The notes under the pieces are model-generated. The model ran no database searches. It was not told where the DNA came from and saw nothing but the letters and a program-made list of their open reading frames with translations. This document shows positions 49,880 through 64,000 of a stretch of 64,000 bases of DNA, one piece after another; within the stretch, counting starts at the first letter, position 1; each line of letters opens with the position of its first letter. Location of the stretch: the NCBI GenBank assembly GCA_009103225.1, contig RHPI01001037.1:1670551-1734550 (forward strand), in the 5' to 3' direction. A program made the translations under genes and the position numbers. The DNA is from Chlorokybus atmophyticus. Its lineage: Eukaryota > Plantae > Mesostigma and Chlorokybus algae.

Positions 49880-50973
49880 GACGCCGGCGGCGGCGGCCTC
49901 AAGCTGGACAAGCTAACAGTCAGCGCCGCAGCCCCATATGTACACCAACGTCCAGCTCCTCCCCCTCCTCAGGGCGGGGGTCGCCCTCCTGCTCCACCAC
50001 CACTACCACTACCAACGGACTCCACCGTATCAGTCCTGCAGGAGCCGCCGCCGCCTCCTCCTCCTCAACGCTACTCCGGCCGCCGCCCCCCTCGCCGCCC
50101 ACAACGCGGGGGAAAAAGTTTAACACCCCTCTGCAGCCAACACCGCCCTCCTCCTCCCCCTCACGTGGCAGTTGCCAAAGGCAGTTGGGGGAAGAGAGGG
50201 AAAAAACAAAAAGCACAATAGAGTTTCGTAAAGTGCTTCCCTTCCCTTCCCGCTTCCCTTTCGTGTTTCGTGCGCGTCAGCAGGAAGGACGTTTGTCAGC
50301 GTAGTACCTGACGGCGGCGTTAAGTTAAGTCGAGGCAGTTACAACGGATTCCTTCCGACCTGTTAAACATCCCGTCGTCAAAGTGGTTACTTTCGCGCTA
50401 CGGACGGTGGCAGGGGCGGAAGGACTTTGCTGTGACGGAAGTAGGTGTCCTTCCGTTAATGTTGTGTTGCCTTCCGTGTCCGTTTGCTGCGGAGGGATAG
50501 TTAAACGGAAGAGCAGCAGGGCACGTTTTGGCGAGTTAGGTTTTTGTCTAGGCTACACAACACATCTGTGCAACTTCAGGCCGAAGTAAACCCAACAACA
50601 AGTCCCCAACGCACGCATACACTGAGACACATACAACGATCACAAAGAGCAAAATAAGATATATATACATCATGCTACCGCCAGCACTTGGTGGTACATC
50701 TGGAAGGGGGCAGTGTAGTGTCTCCTTCTTACTCAGATGTGTAGTGGGTGAGAACTCTCCCCCACCCAAACACGATGATGGACACATCACTGACAAGTAG
50801 TTGTTGGTGTCTTGGTGTTGGTGGGCGTATCAATGCTCTTCATCTGTGCGCAAACTCTGCGTGTATGCATCGTCACAGTAGTAGTGTAATCAAGGGATCA
50901 GTACCAGAGCAGTGTTGGGTTGGGTTGTGGTGACCCACAACACAACACTGGTGGTGCTAGCAGTATCACCATC
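49880..50973. promoter_or_regulatory. Bidirectional promoter / 5' UTR region between the giant gene and the P4-ATPase, with clustered AACGG cores
   Basis: Divergent ATGs at 49879 and 50974. CpG-rich. AACGG/CCGTT at about 50014, 50343, 50453, 50480 and 50504. Confidence 0.5.
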
Positions 50974-59312
<8,339 letters not shown>

Positions 59313-60011
59313 CCTGTACACCACACAGGCACACACACACACGCACTTTCCTTCAGTTGATCGAGCAGGCTGCGTGCAGCTCCAGCTCCCCGCCTTGCTG
59401 GCTTTTCGCGCTGCGGGAGGCAGATTTGTTCCCACTTGGCGGCCGCAAAAGGATGCTCGCAAGGTGCAGCAACACACAGATGTACTTATCGATGATGCTA
59501 GCAAACTTGTTTGGTTGTTGTTCATCCATCTTTACACAACAATCTCATCGCCTTCTGTGCTTGCGTGCATGTGCGTGTGTACATTCATGTGTGCGTCCAT
59601 TTTTGCGCGTGCATGTGCGTGTGTGTTTGTTTGTGGAGATGTGTGTACGCAGTAGTTGAGATGTGTGTGTTAGTGTTTGTAGCAGCTGTTACGTCTGCGT
59701 AACACTGTGACAAGACTCACAGTGCGTGAATTTGGTGTCAGCGCCGAACCCCAAAGCGGTTGCCATTGTGGCCCATGGAGTACGCAAATAGAATGCGAGC
59801 AACTTGTCTAATCACATGGCAACTTGGTTCATACATGAGCATGTGGTACCTGCACGTTGTTGGTAAATATGCATCAACTAGTGTCCACTCAACACGTTCT
59901 ACATCACAGCTACAGCTGCAGTACCAGATTGCTCTGGCGATGCTCTACAGCTGGCGGAGCAACATGTCCACCCTATACAGTTTTGCGTCTGCTAACGACG
60001 CTGGACCATGT

Positions 60012-60298
60012 TTACCGGTCCTGCTTGAGTACGGGCTTGCCTTCTTTTGAAGACTTCTGCACAAGAACAGCACATACCAACAGTCAACGGAGTTACACAT
60101 GGCTACCAACGTGTTCTATGACTCACGAAACATAACCCTGTATAGGTTAAGCCACTAGGGTTTCACCTAGCAACGAACTTGCACACAGCAGCACCGCTCA
60201 CTCACGTCATAGTAGTAGCTTGCGGCCAAGACGGCGATGCCCAAGCCGCCCAGAATGACCGCCGGAGCCGTGGCCAGGCTCCATGTCTTGAGTATCAT
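60012..60298 (-). CDS. Two-exon single-pass membrane microprotein, 45 aa: MILKTWSLATAPAVILGGLGIAVLAASYYYDKSSKEGKPVLKQDR
   Basis: GC-rich 5' UTR. ATG at 60298. Exon 1 60298-60206 (31 codons) ends at a GTGAGT donor. TGTGCAG acceptor, then exon 2 60056-60012 in phase 0 ending in TAA. One hydrophobic helix. Confidence 0.6.
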
Positions 60299-61869
60299 CC
60301 CGGCTAACGCAGCTGACGGCAGTGGTGGCGATGCCGGCGGCGGCAGCGGCGATGTCGTTGCGCAGATGGCCGATCAGCATGCACTAGGCTTGCAATTCAT
60401 GGAAGTTTAACCGGAAGTACTGGGATGTTCCACACCACAAGGCTCAACGAAACCAACGAAACCAACGAAAGCTTCCTGTGCGTAACGATGCGCAACCGTT
60501 GGCTGGTCATCGATCGAAGGGCCTTTGGCGATGGCGTATGCAGGCAGTACAGTCAAGACGCCAATGGGCCTTCCCCCTGCCAAAGCTTATGCCGGCCAGG
60601 TCAGCGCTGGGAATGGTGGAATGGCCGCTAGGCTGCGGTGGTCCGCCGGTGGACGAGTGAGAAATGTGTTGCCTTATTGTACGATGTCTACTGTATCTCG
60701 CAACGGTTGCTGCTAATTACTATCGTCCGTCACGGTACTGACCGCGCCGACCGACAGCACTAAACTCGCACTGATCAGGGCTGCCGTCAGCTGCGTCACA
60801 CATGGTTCACCACCATTTCACAGCCTACCTACGTCGCCATGCTTCATCTCGACCGTCCGTTTGCTTCAATCGTAGACTACCGGCATAAGCATCTTCTCAT
60901 TGGCGTCTTGACTGAGTAGGTTAGGCTCAACATCTCACATAGATTACCACCGGTTGCGTCCTCTTGGACCGGTAGGAACAGATGGCGCGGAAAAGCGTCT
61001 GCACGGCGCTTGCATCATCCGAGATGGACGTCGACGGTCGCATATGCAGTGACTGGTACCAGCAGCATATGATTTGTCATGTTTGGGATTGCAGTACTGT
61101 TAGTGATCGCCGGTCAGTAACCGGCGTCGAGCCGCCAGGTCGGGCGGTTGCAATAGCACTAGGGACTTGCACTGTGCAGGTAGCATAAATGTACTCAGTT
61201 ATCGTCAGCGTCATGGTGCGTGATGCAGACAACTGAGTTCCAGATTCATGTTCTCCTGAGGCACCGTGTGACCCCTTCGTTCGGGCCTCAAAGCTTTCAA
61301 GGGAGCATTTTGATGACATTGCCCAGCTCACGTTGAAACGATAGTGCTTCGAAAAGTTAGTGACATGAATTACGCAAGGGCACTTCACGAACTAAAAACG
61401 CCCAGTAGCTATGCAGTCCATTGCATGCAGTTTCGCGGGGTTTTGACGAATGAAATCTCCTCACGAACATGTCGGAGCACTACGGTATTCGAGACGGCAA
61501 GTTGCGGTCCGCAACGCCCGCATCACCAGCTAATTGATTCTTGTTACTAGCGGTGCTGGCCAAAGATGCCGGTTAAGTGACAGGCGGCGAGCAGTGAAGT
61601 ATCTCCGAGCGCTTGTCGCGGAGCACTTGCCCCTTTACAAAGCCGCAGACCACCGGCGCACGTAACTTACGGAAAGGTCATTACGTGCATTGACGTTCGG
61701 CAGGGGAGCTCAAGTGTGATCAACGCGAATTGAGTATGGTTGAGAACGTTAGTGTGAGCGCTAGCCCAAAAGCAATGTGACAGTCGCAATTCTGCAAACG
61801 GCGCTTGGCGGCGCCGGTGCAGCGGCGGCGGCGTCATTGTCCGCGGCGTCGCTGCTGTTGGCGGCAGTC

Positions 61870-64000
61870 ATGTCCTCCACCAACGTGCTGGACGCTCCAG
61901 GGGTGTACCGCCAGTACGTTGACGAGCTGTTCGCGGAGGAAATGTACCCGGAGACATGGCTGCAGGTCAGGCAGGCTTCAGAGAGCTGAATTGGAGCGTT
62001 TGTGCTAAGCCTGGGCTTGTGTTCTTTGCTGTTGTCATGCTGGCAGGTGTTGTATGTGGCTTCGGCGCTGCTTTTTGTCATGGCATTGCGAGGCTTGGGA
62101 CACCCCAGCACATCCAAAATGGGCAACCTCTATGGAGTCACTGGCATAGTGCTCGCCATAGCTGCAGTGTAAGCTGTCCGTGCACTGCAAATAGCAGCTT
62201 CAAGCCCATGTGATTCTACTGCGCTTGTGCAATTGCGCTCGATGCCAACTGCCCTTGCAAGCATCCAAAAACAATGCTTTGTGTACAAATTGACTTTCCA
62301 CAAACACGCTCACGCTGCATTGCTTGGGCTGACTCAAATACACACGCGCATGGCATTGGGTTGCAATGTGAGTGCGTTGATAAAGTGCATGCTTACATCT
62401 TGGTAGCAATCTGACTGGCATGCATCGCACTGCTTCAACATCTGACTGCTGCATGCAGCTATGCTTCAAAGTATGTGTTCGGCATTGGGTACTGGATCAT
62501 CCCACTCGCATTGGTGCCGGGAGCGCTTTTGGGTATAGCTGGTGCTCTCGCTGTGAAGATGACTGGCATGCCACAGATGGTGCGCTTGCCATCAAAGCAG
62601 CTTGATGAGGAGTAGTTGACAGTTCATGTACACAGCTTTTACTTGTCAGTGTGCGCAACTCACTTGTGCATGTGTGCTTGCAGGTTGGTCTCCTTAATGC
62701 TTTTGGAGGCCTAGCGGCTGCCTTGGAGGGTTTGGCTTTGTTTGCTGATCAGTATGAGGAGTCTCGCCAGGACTACTTGGGCAAGGGCTCTAAGGACCTG
62801 GTGTTTCAGGTGCGCTGTTGCTGCCGCAGCTATCCTTTATGGCTGTTATTGTTTTGTCTTTGTCTAGCATGCTTACGGAGACGTTGTGCAGGACATCTTC
62901 TACCTATTAGGCATCTGCGTCGGTATGCTTACCTTCACAGGGTCCATTACAGCCTGTCTTAAGCTGCAGGGCACGGTGTGTGTGTGTGTGCATTGCCGTG
63001 CAGTGCAAGCATTCCTGCAATGCTTGGCAACATTGGACATCACACATGTCATGTTTATACAGATCCGCAAGAACTTCATCCCTCCCGGCCGCACTGTCAT
63101 CAACCTGTTGGTGTTCCTGGTGCTGATTGGACTGGGTGTCGGGGTGTCAGTCACTGGCCTGCGGTCGGAAGCTGGCCTTGCAATGGTGCTCGTGTTCACA
63201 TTTCTTTCAGCACTTTACGGCATCCTGTTTGTGCTGGCGATTGGTGGCGCCGACATGCCTGTTGTGATTAGCGTGCTGAACAGCGGGAGCGGCTGGGCAG
63301 GCGTGTTCGCAGGTGTGTGCAGGAGTTGACGTGCGCGGTGTGTTAGTTGTGGTTGTTGTGAAGGGCACAGTGTGCTCATCTCAAATACTTGCTGCGCAGG
63401 TTTTATGCTTCAGAACAGCCTAATTATCATCGCTAGTGCTTTCGTTGGAGCCTCTGGCGCCATCCTTTCGTACCTCATGTGCTTGGGCATGAACAGAAGC
63501 CTCTACAATGTGCTTGTTGGTACGCTTTTGCTTACACATCACTGCAAGCGCACAGCCAGTAGAAGTCAGCAAAAGTTGGTCCTGAGACAACCATTACACA
63601 AGAGATGTCTGACATGCACAGCTGTCATGCAACCATGCATTCGCATGTTTGTCAGGTGGCTTTGGTGAGGGCAGCAAGAAGGCGGTTGGTCCTGCACAGA
63701 AGTTTGAGGGTCAGCCCACAACCATCACCGTCAAGGACACCGTGGGCGCAATGCTCGTGGCTAAGACCGTCATCATCGTGCCTGGTTATGGCATGGCGGC
63801 TGCGCGCGCGCAGCACGCCGTGTCTGAAATGGTCACGCTCATGCGTGCGCGGGGCGTCAATGTCCGCTTTGGCATCCACCCTGTGGCGGGCCGACTGCCA
63901 GGACACATGAATGTGTTGCTAGCGGGTGAGTTTACTATGGTCCACCTGCCATACTATATATTTGCCATACTATGCATGTTGCACTCCTGATTGTTACTTG
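61870..64000 (+). CDS. NNT: Proton-translocating NAD(P) transhydrogenase beginning with the beta (PntB) domain; 3' part outside the window
   Basis: First in-frame ATG 61870 [11 protein letters not shown]...WLQ|[33 protein letters not shown], then [77 protein letters not shown], and dIII motifs [15 protein letters not shown] and [19 protein letters not shown]. Confidence 0.92.

Noticed and set aside
61209-61275. Stem-flanked GTGATG...CTGA resembling a box C/D snoRNA or SECIS
   Set aside because: Imperfect C box, only about 40 nt between boxes, no recognisable rRNA/snRNA guide, and not a canonical SECIS.

Overview
Intron-rich eukaryotic nuclear DNA from a green alga. An early-diverging streptophyte alga is my best inference: it carries an NMCP/CRWN-like gene and plant-type AMBRA1-like, DUF3119 and histidine-phosphatase-like genes, plus guanine deaminase and transhydrogenase, which land plants lack. 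I reconstructed about 12 spliced genes by eye: SULTR/SLC26 sulfate transporter (+), Tat-targeted histidine-phosphatase-like protein (-), WD40 protein (+), AMBRA1-like WD40 protein (-), MPS1/TTK kinase (+), DUF3119 protein (-), NMCP/CRWN-like coiled-coil protein (+), guanine deaminase (+), a giant (~3,800 aa, rough exon sum) secreted multidomain protein (-), a P4-ATPase flippase (+), a 45-aa membrane microprotein (-), and a beta-domain-first NAD(P) transhydrogenase (+, runs off the window end). The most striking system is the giant secreted protein: a Dictyostelium Sib-like N-terminal module, about six LamG domains, IPT and filamin-type Ig repeats, and a Kelch propeller interrupted by a DUF2341-like domain. 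It has four RR(R/S)LL motifs, three after polyproline linkers, that look like site-1-protease cleavage sites, suggesting a processed extracellular polyprotein. Most ORF-track entries are microsatellite or antisense noise. N positions (48707, 49734-49779, 52154, 53793) mark assembly weak points. All family assignments come from motif recognition, with no database search.
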